Part shown: one piece after another, positions 28,254-37,322 of the stretch
Position numbering within the stretch: position 1 is the first letter of the stretch
Layout of the letters: each line of letters begins with the position of its first letter
From: an uncultured Clostridia bacterium
GTDB lineage: Bacteria; Bacillota; Clostridia; Christensenellales; UBA1242
NCBI GenBank assembly: GCA_934757825.1
Contig: CAKVLP010000001.1
Span: forward strand, 183,267-247,266
Reading direction: 5' to 3'
Length of the DNA stretch: 64,000 nucleotides
The notes under the pieces: generated by a model
What the model saw: only the letters and a program-made list of their open reading frames with translations
Told to the model about the DNA's origin: nothing
Databases searched by the model: none
Translations under genes and position numbers: made by a program

Positions 28254-29159
28254 CTATGTAACGTGAATAATTTCAGTCTCCAAAGTTATGTTGTATTTTT
28301 TTAATATTACATTTTTTATGTGTTCTACAAGCCTCAAAACATCTTGCGATGAAGCGTGGCCTGTGTTTACTATAAAATTACTATGTTTTGTGCTAACCAT
28401 TGCTCCGCCAATTGCAAAGCCTTTAAGTCCTTGTTCCTCGATTAGTTTTGCGACACTTATGCCGTCAGGATTTTTAAAAACACTGCCCGCACTTGCCTGC
28501 CCAATCGGTTGGCTTAATAGCCTTTTCGCGTTTGTTTCGGCGCGCCTATTTTCAAGGTCAACCTTGCGTGATTTTTTAAGCTTTAATTCCACTCTTAGGA
28601 TAATTGCGTCGTAACCTTTAAACACGCTCTGTCTATATCCAAACTTACACTCAGTGCCACTTAAAAGTGTGATTTTGCCGTTCACTATCGCAAGCACCGA
28701 TGTCACAAGTTGTTCCATCTTAAAGCCGAAAGCGCCCGCGTTCATTGTGACCGCACCGCCAAGCGTGCCAGGGATTCCAAAGGCATCTTCAAGCCCGCCA
28801 AGTCCGCGCTGGCAAGCAAGCACCGCTAGCCCGGATAGACTTACGCCTGCATCTGCCACCACCGTTGTTCCGCGAAACTCCACGCATCCAAACTTGCTGG
28901 AAATTTTAACAATTACACCCGCATACACGCTGTCGTCAAACAGCAAGTTGGTGCAATTACCGACAACAAAATGTTTAATTTTGTGTGTGTTTAGATAATC
29001 AAAAACTCTGATAATCTCCTCGACGCTACTCGGCTCAACAACCACTTTTGCCGTTCCGCCAATCTTAAACGAACTAAGAGTAGCCAGCGACACGTTTTTA
29101 GAAGTTGTGGCACATATTTTTTTAAGCGCCTTGAAAATTAAACCAAAATTCTTACTCAT
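28254..29159 (-). CDS. murB: UDP-N-acetylenolpyruvoylglucosamine reductase
   Basis: FKIGGTAKVVVEP…VGNCTNLLFDD…GLEDAFGIPGTLGGAVTMNAGAFG…SAGSVFKNP. Confidence 0.9.
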   Translation of the reverse strand: MSKNFGLIFKALKKICATTSKNVSLATLSSFKIGGTAKVVVEPSSVEEIIRVFDYLNTHKIKHFVVGNCTNLLFDDSVYAGVIVKISSKFGCVEFRGTTVVADAGVSLSGLAVLACQRGLGGLEDAFGIPGTLGGAVTMNAGAFGFKMEQLVTSVLAIVNGKITLLSGTECKFGYRQSVFKGYDAIILRVELKLKKSRKVDLENRRAETNAKRLLSQPIGQASAGSVFKNPDGISVAKLIEEQGLKGFAIGGAMVSTKHSNFIVNTGHASSQDVLRLVEHIKNVILKKYNITLETEIIHVT

Positions 29160-29227
29160 ATTCTACCTTAAAACAAATATTTTTTCAAATCAATTTAATA
29201 ATCTATATTCATTTTAAGGCAAATAGT

Positions 29228-31027
29228 TTAAAGGTTTTCGAAATATTCCTTAATGTTGAGTGCTTGTTTTTTAGTAATTCCGTTGATGCTAGATAGTTCT
29301 AACAGACCCGCGCTGGCGATTTTGTCGAAACTCTTGAAGTGCTCGTACAAGGTCTTAACAGTCGCTTCTCCCACGCCGTCTATGCTTAAAAGCCTAGATT
29401 TTAGAGTGTTTTTGTCACGCGTTTTTCTATGGAAGGTTATTGCAAAACGATGGCTTTCGTCACGCACATTTTGCAAAAGTTTTAGCGCATAGTTGTTTCG
29501 CGACAAAATCCTAGGTTCGCTTTCGCCTGGTTTAAAAATCTCCTCTTCGCGCTTTGCAAGCGACACCATATCAACGTCAAATCCCATATTTGTAATAACC
29601 TCGTAGGCGTAGGACAATTGTCCCTTGCCACCGTCGATAAGCATTAGGTCGGGCTTTTGCGAAAAACTAACGTCTCCACCCTCTTCAAACTCCTTGACCC
29701 TACGCGCCAAAACCTCGCGCATACACTCAAAGTCGTTGGGCTTATCTATATCAATCTTAAACTTACGATAGTGCGCTTTCAAAGGCTCGCCATTTACAAA
29801 AACAACCATACTTGCCACGGTGTTTGTCCCGCTTATATGCGAAATGTCGTAGCCTTCAATTCGATATGGAAGATGTCTAAGTCCTAGCGACGACTGCAAG
29901 GTTTTCATGGCGCCCATTGTTTTCAGTTCGTGAAGTTTGTCGCTAGATATGCTCTTTTCTAGGTCTTGACGCGCGTTTAGATTTGCTAGGTCAAGCAGTT
30001 TTCTAAACTTTCCTTTTTGCGCGAAAATATAGTCCACTTTTTGTCCCGCGTTTTCGTTTAGCCAGTTTTTAAGCCCTTCGCTTTCAAAGAACGTAACCAC
30101 GGTTTTTGGGATAACGTTGGACGAATAGTATTGCGGAACAAAGGTCTCAATCGACGCCTCGCCGTCCTCGATGTTTATAACGTTGTAATTGTTAAGACCC
30201 ACCATTTTGCCCGCACGAACAACCAACACTGATATGACCGCACTGCTCCCATTTGTGGCAAATCCAAACACGTCCACATCAATTACACTGTTAAGGTTTG
30301 TTACTTGATGTGCGTTTATGTTTTCTATAAGTTTTAAGTACTGCTTGTACTGCATCGCACGTTCAAACTGCTCGTACTCGGCGCACTTGTACATTCGCTC
30401 GGTCAAAATTTGTTTTGCCAGCGTCAAATCGCCTTTTAAAAAATTGATAACCTTCCTTACCTCTTCGTTATACTCCTCTTCGGTCACCTTGTTGGTGCAA
30501 GGGGCTAAGCACGTGCCCATCTCGTAGTTTAAACATTCGCGCTTTGCTTTTAATGTGTTGCAATCTCTAAGTTTAAAGGTGCTATTGATAATATTGTACA
30601 AATCGGTCGCCTTAATATTGTTGAAAAACGGCCCAAAATACAAGCATTTATCTTTTTTAACACGCCTTGTGATTTCAATTTTGGGGAATTTTTGTTTTGG
30701 GTTTATCTTAATGTATGGAAAAGCCTTGCCATCTTTTAGCAAAATATTGTAAAAGGGCTGATGATAGTGAATGAGGTTGCTTTCCAAATTAAGCGCTTCA
30801 AACTCGCTTGTGACAACAATGTAGTCAAAATCATAAATGTTTTTGACCATCTGCATAACTTTTTCGGGTTTTGCGGTGTTGACAAAATAACTACTAACCC
30901 TATTTTTAAGGTTTTTCGCTTTGCCGATATATATTATGTTTCCTTGCGCGTCAAACATTTTGTACACGCCGGGTTTTAGCGGTAATTTTTTTACTTTATC
31001 TTTTAAATAATCAATACGTGTGTTCAT
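29228..31027 (-). CDS. uvrC: excinuclease ABC subunit C
   Basis: GIY-YIG N-terminus LPLKPGVYKMFDAQGNIIYIGKAKNLKNRVSSYF and a C-terminal HhH. Start placed at MNTRIDYL (31027); the 31-codon upstream extension in the track has no UvrC counterpart. Confidence 0.9.
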   Translation of the reverse strand: MNTRIDYLKDKVKKLPLKPGVYKMFDAQGNIIYIGKAKNLKNRVSSYFVNTAKPEKVMQMVKNIYDFDYIVVTSEFEALNLESNLIHYHQPFYNILLKDGKAFPYIKINPKQKFPKIEITRRVKKDKCLYFGPFFNNIKATDLYNIINSTFKLRDCNTLKAKRECLNYEMGTCLAPCTNKVTEEEYNEEVRKVINFLKGDLTLAKQILTERMYKCAEYEQFERAMQYKQYLKLIENINAHQVTNLNSVIDVDVFGFATNGSSAVISVLVVRAGKMVGLNNYNVINIEDGEASIETFVPQYYSSNVIPKTVVTFFESEGLKNWLNENAGQKVDYIFAQKGKFRKLLDLANLNARQDLEKSISSDKLHELKTMGAMKTLQSSLGLRHLPYRIEGYDISHISGTNTVASMVVFVNGEPLKAHYRKFKIDIDKPNDFECMREVLARRVKEFEEGGDVSFSQKPDLMLIDGGKGQLSYAYEVITNMGFDVDMVSLAKREEEIFKPGESEPRILSRNNYALKLLQNVRDESHRFAITFHRKTRDKNTLKSRLLSIDGVGEATVKTLYEHFKSFDKIASAGLLELSSINGITKKQALNIKEYFENL

Positions 31028-31083
31028 ACTTAAATTATAATGCAAAATTAGCAAATTTAAAAGGATTTTAACAAATTTACCTA

Positions 31084-31112
31084 TTGAAGTGTGGTTTTTT
31101 ATGTGATATACT
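31084..31112 (+). promoter_or_regulatory. sigma-A-type promoter (extended -10) for the 405-aa gene
   Basis: TTGAAG-17nt-TATACT with TG one base upstream of the -10. An AAGAGGGG SD follows. Confidence 0.55.
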
Positions 31113-31135
31113 AAAATCATAAAGAGGGGAAAATT

Positions 31136-32353
31136 ATGGGTGAAATTATTGATGTAACATTAGCGAGAGCAGAACAACTTGCAGATATGTTTTTGGACGA
31201 CAATGTCGAACACGAATACGCAAGGCTAATGTCGATACTTAAAAACGACGACGTAAATCTTTTAACCTTAGAACTAATGAACTTGAAAACAAAAATTAAC
31301 GAACTTAGCCTTCGTCGTCAGGTTATGGAACTAGGCAAACTAAGCAAGATAATGTCGGTTTGTCGCAGTGCCTCAAAACAGTTTGACGAGGAAGAACAAC
31401 TTAACACAATCAAGAAGTTTTTGGAACTAACAACTATCATGGGCGAATATGTTTCGCTTGAAATGGAACATATTGCAATGGTCCAATCAAAAGTAGACTT
31501 TGCTGTAAAGTATTTGATAGGGAAAACTCCCGAACAACTTGAAAAGAACATTGCTATTAACCGCAATGTAGAAAAGGCATATTTGTCTCTTAAAAACAGC
31601 AGAAACTACGATGAGGCACTTCGTCAACTTATTGTTGACCCGCTTCTATACAACCAAGAACTTTTGCCAAGCCAAGACTTTGAGGAACTTATTGAAAACA
31701 ACTCAAAGTTTATACAAAGCACAGTTCCAGAAAATAATTTGTCGCTTGTGGAATCGCTACTTGTATATGACAAAGTTTTGCTAAGAACTTTTGGCACGCT
31801 ATCTAAGGCATTAAGGTTTTTATCCGAAGTGTGCGACTCGGGCATTAACGCAGAGCAAAACGAACACACTTTGTGGTGCTTTTCGACCGAAAACCTTAAC
31901 GAATTATTCAAAAAGTTTGACGAAAACGATTTGAAAAACAATACCGATTTGAAGAAGTGGCAAACATTTAGCCATATTGAACTTAGAAGCATTAGAAACC
32001 GCGTACAAAGTGCGTCAGGCTATTTGGATAACACCAAAGAGACACTTGTAGATAGTTCGGAACTTGAAGAAGACTTTTTGATGAACATAATTACAAAAGC
32101 CCCACACCAACTAAAAACATTTGTTGATTTTCTAGTAAAAGAAAAAGCGCGCGTTCCACTTGCGCAAGATAGGCTTCCATTTTATCTAAACGAACTTGTT
32201 AAGGTCGCAGACAACAAGACAATTAAAAACACCTTTATCGTAGAACACGGAAGCGAGATAAATCACATTGACAAATATCGCAAAGACGAAAAGCCCAAAA
32301 GCACTACTCCTCGCGTTTATACAAGAGTGAGAACAAAAAATAAAGACAAATAA
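31136..32353 (+). CDS. hypothetical protein (predicted all-helical, basic C-terminal tail)
   Basis: Good promoter, SD and terminator. 405 aa. No motif recognised. Confidence 0.6.
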   Translation: MGEIIDVTLARAEQLADMFLDDNVEHEYARLMSILKNDDVNLLTLELMNLKTKINELSLRRQVMELGKLSKIMSVCRSASKQFDEEEQLNTIKKFLELTTIMGEYVSLEMEHIAMVQSKVDFAVKYLIGKTPEQLEKNIAINRNVEKAYLSLKNSRNYDEALRQLIVDPLLYNQELLPSQDFEELIENNSKFIQSTVPENNLSLVESLLVYDKVLLRTFGTLSKALRFLSEVCDSGINAEQNEHTLWCFSTENLNELFKKFDENDLKNNTDLKKWQTFSHIELRSIRNRVQSASGYLDNTKETLVDSSELEEDFLMNIITKAPHQLKTFVDFLVKEKARVPLAQDRLPFYLNELVKVADNKTIKNTFIVEHGSEINHIDKYRKDEKPKSTTPRVYTRVRTKNKDK

Positions 32354-32381
32354 AAAATATGCCGTTTGGCATATTTTTTTT
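32352..32381. terminator. bidirectional intrinsic terminator
   Basis: aatatgcc-gttt-ggcatatt (8 bp) flanked by AAAAAA and TTTTTTTT, between convergent genes. Confidence 0.8.
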
Positions 32382-32718
32382 ATCCCAACAGATAATCGAC
32401 GCCGTCTAGCATAATGTCGTTGATGGCTGGGCACGCAAGGCTATAATACATTATTTTGCCCACTCTATTATAACTCACCGCGCCACACTGTCTTAGCAGT
32501 TTTAACTGGTGGCTAACGGTGGTCTGGTTTAAGTTAAGCATAACCGACAAATCATTAACGCACATACTTGTAATGCAAAGTGCGGTCAAAATTTTTACAC
32601 GTGTAATATCCGAAAAAATATCAAAAAAATTTGCAAGGCGTTGAAGCGTTGTGTCGTTTGGCATATAGTTTAGAATGTCGTCTTGCGTTTTTCTTGGAAG
32701 CACCAAAATTTTTGCCAT
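32380..32718 (-). CDS. ArsR/SmtB family transcriptional regulator
   Basis: …FSDITRVKILTALCITSMCVNDLSVMLNLNQTTVSHQLKLLRQCGAVSYNRVGKIMYYSL… is a winged HTH. It retains CVxDL at the position of the ELCVCDL thiolate site. Confidence 0.85.
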   Translation of the reverse strand: MAKILVLPRKTQDDILNYMPNDTTLQRLANFFDIFSDITRVKILTALCITSMCVNDLSVMLNLNQTTVSHQLKLLRQCGAVSYNRVGKIMYYSLACPAINDIMLDGVDYLLG

Positions 32719-32831
32719 TTCCCCACTCCTTAATCTATCAATATTTTAGCAGATTTGGGACGTTTTTAACAAAAAGTATTTTTGTTGCATATTGATTAGT
32801 AATATATATTTTTGTAAATTTAGGGGGGATT

Positions 32832-33029
32832 ATGACATTTACAAACGATGTTTTGCTAGTGCTACTGCTTTCAATTCTGACCAGCACAGACGGCGAACTA
32901 GCAAACAATCAAAACTTTTTGCTGTTGCTACTACTTGTGCTATCCACCGACCAAAACAGAAACAACAACAATAATTCGTGCTGTTGCGGGTCGATAAGTA
33001 GTTGCAGGTGCCGAGGTCTACTAGGCTAA
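32832..33029 (+). CDS. candidate small protein: two Leu-rich hydrophobic repeats + Asn-run + Cys-rich tail (SCCCGSISSCRCRG)
   Basis: Divergent from the ArsR gene. Candidate promoter TTGTTG-17-TATATT. AGGGGGG SD, but only 3 nt from the ATG. Terminator at 33032-33066. Coding status is unproven, and the same stretch could fold as RNA. Confidence 0.35.
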   Translation: MTFTNDVLLVLLLSILTSTDGELANNQNFLLLLLLVLSTDQNRNNNNNSCCCGSISSCRCRGLLG

Positions 33030-33031
33030 AC

Positions 33032-33066
33032 AAAAAAGGCATTACAAAATAATGCCTCTTTTTTTT
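33032..33066. terminator. bidirectional intrinsic terminator
   Basis: aggcatt-acaaaat-aatgcct flanked by AAAAAA and CTTTTTTTT, between the small ORF(+) and prfA(-). Confidence 0.7.
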
Positions 33067-34141
33067 AATCTTGCTTGTTTTCTTCCAAAAGTTCCTTTTG
33101 ATGCGCGATTGTAAGGTTGTCGATTAAATCGTCCAAATCGCCATTTAGGAAGCCTTCAAGGTTGTAAACCGTGTAGTTTATGCGGTGGTCAGTTAGACGA
33201 CTTTGAGGATAATTGTATGTCCTTATTCGCTCGCTTCGGTCGCCTGTACCTACTTGGTTTCGGCGATTTTTAGCATACTCTTCGTCTGCCTGCATTTTAA
33301 AGTGGTCGTAAAGTTTGCTCTTTAAAATAACCATCGCTTTTTCTTTGTTTTTAAGTTGGCTACGTTCGTCTTGGCACGCAACAACAATGCCAGTAGGCAA
33401 GTGCGTAATTCTAACCGCACTATCGGTGGTGTTAACGTGTTGTCCGCCCGCTCCGCCACTACGATAAACGTCGACTTTAAGGTCTTTATCGTTGATTTCG
33501 ATGTCAACATCTACTTGCTCTGGCAACACCGCCACAGTAGCTGTGCTAGTGTGAATTCGTCCGCTCGCTTCGGTCTCAGGTACACGCTGAACGCGATGTA
33601 CTCCGCTCTCGTATTTTAGCCTTGAATACACGCCTTTGCCTTTAATTAAAAACGAACATTCCTTAATTCCGCCAAGTTCGGTTTCATTCAACTCCAAAAC
33701 TTCCACTTTCCAGCGATTGCGGTCGGCGTACATATTGTACATTCTAAATAGCACCGCGCCAAACAAGCACGACTCCTCGCCACCTGCTCCGCCACGGATT
33801 TCCATAATAACGTTTTTGTCGTCGTTTTCGTCCTTAGGCAAAAGCATAACTTTAAGTTCTTCTTCGGCCTTGGCAAGTTTTTCGGTATTGTCCTCAATGT
33901 CAAGTTGGGCAAGTTCCTTTAATTCCGCGTCGGTTTCGGTCGCCAAAATCGCCTTGCTATCGTCAAGGTTTTTCTTAACAGCCAAATACTTGTCGTACGC
34001 TTCCACAACCGGTTGAAGATTGCTATATTCCTTGGTTAGTTCGCGATAAAGTTTGTTATCCGCGATGACATCAGGATCCATAATACGCGCCGAAACTTCG
34101 ATATATTTCTCTTTAATTTTGTCTAATTTATCTACTAACAT
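33065..34141 (-). CDS. prfA: peptide chain release factor 1
   Basis: GGQ motif SGGAGGQHVNTTDSAVRITHLPTG and a PET-type recognition region (RVQRVPETEASGRIHTS). Confidence 0.95.
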   Translation of the reverse strand: MLVDKLDKIKEKYIEVSARIMDPDVIADNKLYRELTKEYSNLQPVVEAYDKYLAVKKNLDDSKAILATETDAELKELAQLDIEDNTEKLAKAEEELKVMLLPKDENDDKNVIMEIRGGAGGEESCLFGAVLFRMYNMYADRNRWKVEVLELNETELGGIKECSFLIKGKGVYSRLKYESGVHRVQRVPETEASGRIHTSTATVAVLPEQVDVDIEINDKDLKVDVYRSGGAGGQHVNTTDSAVRITHLPTGIVVACQDERSQLKNKEKAMVILKSKLYDHFKMQADEEYAKNRRNQVGTGDRSERIRTYNYPQSRLTDHRINYTVYNLEGFLNGDLDDLIDNLTIAHQKELLEENKQD

Positions 34142-34953
34142 TTTTCCGCCCTTATAAATCTATTTATTCCATTTAAGTCTTTAATTATTGTAATATTTTT
34201 AAAGTTTTTTTCCAACAGTTTTTTTATACTATTTTCTTGGTTTATGCCAAATTCAAGATAAAGCACTCCGCCGTCATTTAGAAAGTTTGCACCCTCACTC
34301 GCGATAACCTTGTAATAATCCAGCCCATTTAGTCCCCCGTCTAGTGCTAGGCGCGGGTCGTATTTTTTTACTTCCACTTGAAGCGTTTTTATGTCGCGCG
34401 ACTCAATGTATGGCGGATTGCTCACAATTAGGTCAAACTTTTCCTTGATGCTACAAAACATATTGCTTTTTATAATATCCACATTCGAAAGGTTTTGTTT
34501 TGCGTTAAGCCTTGCTTGGCGCAATGCTTTTGGGCTAATATCGCTAAGCACAACGTTATCAAAGCCGTTTTTATTTAATGCAATGCCTATGCACCCCGAC
34601 CCACAACATAGGTCGAGAACTCTCCGACACTTATCCTCGTGGTTAATGACATAATCGGTCAAAAACTCGGTTTCGGGGCGAGGAGTAAGAGTGTGTCTGC
34701 TCTCCTTAATTTTAATATTTAAAAAGTCGCTAGTGCCAATAATAAGTTGAAGCGGAACACCCTTAATACGCTTATTCACCGCCCTTTCAAGCGTCCTATA
34801 TTCCCTATCGGATATTTCCTTATTTAGAACAATGTCGCTTCGAGTAATTCCAAGTAGCCCTTCACATAAAAAAATACACTCATTGTTATGATTTAAGCAG
34901 TGAGTGGATAATTTCTTATTAAGTTTTGCTACAACATCTTGAATTTTGTACAT
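34135..34953 (-). CDS. prmC: release-factor glutamine N5-methyltransferase
   Basis: VLDLCCGSGCIG SAM motif and IVSNPPYI. It overlaps the prfA start. Confidence 0.9.
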   Translation of the reverse strand: MYKIQDVVAKLNKKLSTHCLNHNNECIFLCEGLLGITRSDIVLNKEISDREYRTLERAVNKRIKGVPLQLIIGTSDFLNIKIKESRHTLTPRPETEFLTDYVINHEDKCRRVLDLCCGSGCIGIALNKNGFDNVVLSDISPKALRQARLNAKQNLSNVDIIKSNMFCSIKEKFDLIVSNPPYIESRDIKTLQVEVKKYDPRLALDGGLNGLDYYKVIASEGANFLNDGGVLYLEFGINQENSIKKLLEKNFKNITIIKDLNGINRFIRAEKC

Positions 34954-34990
34954 AGTTACTCAATAAAAAATGGACATTACGCCCATTTAA

Positions 34991-35197
34991 TTAGTCTAAA
35001 TTGTATTTCTTCTTGAATTTCTCAACACGACCAGCTGTATCAACCATTTTCTTTTTGCCACTATAAAAAGGGTGACATTTGTCACAAACTTCAATTCTAA
35101 TTGTGTCGCCAGCGATTGTAGATTTCGTTTTAAATTTAGAACCACAACCACAAATAACTTCTACTTCGTGATAGTCAGGATGGATATTTTGTTTCAT
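34991..35197 (-). CDS. rpmE: 50S ribosomal protein L31 (Zn-ribbon type)
   Basis: MKQNIHPDY…CGCG…[17 protein letters not shown]-6nt-ATG at 35197; the track start at 35206 is GTG. Confidence 0.9.
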   Translation of the reverse strand: MKQNIHPDYHEVEVICGCGSKFKTKSTIAGDTIRIEVCDKCHPFYSGKKKMVDTAGRVEKFKKKYNLD

Positions 35198-35286
35198 ACC
35201 GTTCACCTCATATATTTTTTTGCTTAATTATTGTATAACAAAATTCCCCAGTAGTCAACACTTTTTGAAAAATAAAGCATATATTT

Positions 35287-36645
35287 TTAAGTTTTTGAGA
35301 GTGCTTTGAGCGCTTTTAAAACGCGGTCGTATATATCGCCTGCACCAAGCACAAGCACAACATCGTATTTCGATGCGGTTTTTAGTTGGGCTCGCAAATT
35401 TTTGCCAGTATCACAATAAGTCTTGTTTTTTAGTTTTATATCATTATACAACTCGCGTGCGCTTCCGCCAATTATGTACTTTTCACGCGCAGGATATGTC
35501 TTGTAAATTACCAGTTTGTCGACCTTATCAAAGCATTTAACAAACTGGTCTTTAAGCCCAATTGTTCGGCTGAAAGTGTGCGGTTGGAAAATGCAAAGTA
35601 CGCGCTTATAATTATCCTTAATTGCGCTAATACTGCTTTTTATCTCTGTCGGGTGATGTGCATAGTCGCAAAACACCGGCACTCCGTCCACTTCTCCCAC
35701 GCGCTCCATTCGGCGTTTTACCCCCTTAAACGATAGTAGCGCAGTGTAAATTACGCTCGACTTTACACCCAAAAGCAAGCCCACAGCAATTGCGGTCAAG
35801 CAGTTTTTCGCATTGTACACGCCCGGCAATTTTGACCTAAACCTGCCTATATAATCTCCATAGTGCACGTCAAACGACAGGCTTCCGTCCGGCTCGCGTC
35901 TTAGCCCACTTCCCACTATGTCGTAGTCGCCGCCAAACCCAACTGTAACGATGTGTTTCTTTATATTTAGCGACCTTACAAAGTCGTTGTTTTCAAATAC
36001 AACGAGGGTGTCTTTTACGTTTTCCGCGAAGTGTGAAAAGGCGGATTTTATTTCGGATAAATCCTTGTAAAAGTCGGTGTGGTCGAGTTCGATATTAGTA
36101 ATCACGCCGATGTTTGGGCGCAAAAACCTTATGCTATTTCGATACTCGCACCCCTCGGTCACAAATACCTTTTTGTTGCCGATTTTCGCGTTTCCAAACG
36201 ACGCTTCCCCTCCCAAATGCACGCTAGGATTTTGCTGGTCGCGAATAAGGATTTCGCCAACGAGTGCGGTGGTGGTGGTTTTGCCGTGAGTCCCCGTCAC
36301 AACAACGCTACTCTCGTACATTCCGCAAAGTTCGCCCAAAAACTCGGAGCGCTCCATAATATTTAACCCTTTGAGCCTTGCGTATTTTAGTTCTACATTG
36401 TCCTCGTGAATCGCTCCCGAAAACACCACATAATCGTAATTTTTTGTGAGGTTTTTCTCGCTATGTCCGTGAAAAACTGGCACACCGAGTCGGCTAAGCG
36501 CGCGGGTTTCGAAATTGATTTGCATATCCGAGCCCTCCACTTGCGCCCCGAGTGCCATACAAAACCTCGCAATTGCGCTCATACTTATCCCGCCAATGCC
36601 TATAAAATAGATGTTTAAATCGTTAATTTTCCGTATTTTTTCCAT
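35287..36645 (-). CDS. murC: UDP-N-acetylmuramate--L-alanine ligase
   Basis: IYFIGIGGISMSAIA…VTGTHGKTTTTAL…DYAHHPTEI. Confidence 0.9.
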   Translation of the reverse strand: MEKIRKINDLNIYFIGIGGISMSAIARFCMALGAQVEGSDMQINFETRALSRLGVPVFHGHSEKNLTKNYDYVVFSGAIHEDNVELKYARLKGLNIMERSEFLGELCGMYESSVVVTGTHGKTTTTALVGEILIRDQQNPSVHLGGEASFGNAKIGNKKVFVTEGCEYRNSIRFLRPNIGVITNIELDHTDFYKDLSEIKSAFSHFAENVKDTLVVFENNDFVRSLNIKKHIVTVGFGGDYDIVGSGLRREPDGSLSFDVHYGDYIGRFRSKLPGVYNAKNCLTAIAVGLLLGVKSSVIYTALLSFKGVKRRMERVGEVDGVPVFCDYAHHPTEIKSSISAIKDNYKRVLCIFQPHTFSRTIGLKDQFVKCFDKVDKLVIYKTYPAREKYIIGGSARELYNDIKLKNKTYCDTGKNLRAQLKTASKYDVVLVLGAGDIYDRVLKALKALSKT

Positions 36646-36675
36646 AAAAATATATATGAAATAGCATTAAAAAAG

Positions 36676-36705
36676 TTGTAACACCTCGTTTTTTTATGAT
36701 ATACT
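36676..36705 (+). promoter_or_regulatory. candidate promoter for spoVG
   Basis: TTGTAA-18nt-TATACT with a TGn extended -10, 43 nt upstream of the ATG. Confidence 0.45.
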
Positions 36706-36747
36706 TATGACAAGTAAAAAATTTGCTTATATAAAGGAAGGTACAAA

Positions 36748-37020
36748 ATGAAAATTTCAGACGTACGCATTAGACTAATGCAAAATGATGACACAAAATT
36801 AAAGGCCGTAGCATCTATCACAATTGATGATTGTTTTGTTGTTCACGACATCAAAGTATTGGAAGGGAATCAAGGTTTCTTCGTTAGTATGCCTAGCAGA
36901 AAAACACCAGACGGACAATACAAAGATGTTGCTCACCCAATCAATACTGATACAAGAGAACAATTAAACAAGGTTGTTTTGGAAGCCTTTGAAGCAGAAA
37001 AAGCAAAACCAAGAGATTAG
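36748..37020 (+). CDS. spoVG: septation/sporulation protein SpoVG
   Basis: MKISDVRIRL…KLKAVASITIDDCFVVHDIKVLEGNQGFFVSMPSRKTPDGQYKDVAHPIN. Confidence 0.95.
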   Translation: MKISDVRIRLMQNDDTKLKAVASITIDDCFVVHDIKVLEGNQGFFVSMPSRKTPDGQYKDVAHPINTDTREQLNKVVLEAFEAEKAKPRD

Positions 37021-37028
37021 TAATTTCT

Positions 37029-37066
37029 AAAAAGCCCTACGTAAGTTTGGGCTTTTTATTTTTTTA
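37029..37066 (+). terminator. candidate intrinsic terminator of spoVG
   Basis: aaagccc…gggcttt with an 11-nt loop, followed by TTTTATTTTTTT. Confidence 0.5.
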
Positions 37067-37246
37067 TTAAGATTATATAAAATATATGAAAAGATATAAA
37101 ACACAAAAATATCAAACTAAATGTATATATTACCCATATACATAATAACAACATACAATACAAAATGTATATTACAAAATACTAAAATTTATAAACGAAA
37201 TAAAATAGATAAAACAAAAAAGCAACGCAAAGTGTATATAACAAAA

Positions 37247-37283
37247 CAAAAAAAGACTACTTCTAAAAAGTAGTCTTTTTATT
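37247..37283. terminator. bidirectional intrinsic terminator (serves the GLUG-repeat gene)
   Basis: aaaagactact-tctaaaa-agtagtctttt, 11-bp stem, with A-run and T-run flanks. Confidence 0.75.
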
Positions 37284-37322
37284 TCAATTAGCCTTAAAAC
37301 CTTAATTAGTAATTAGCCTTAA

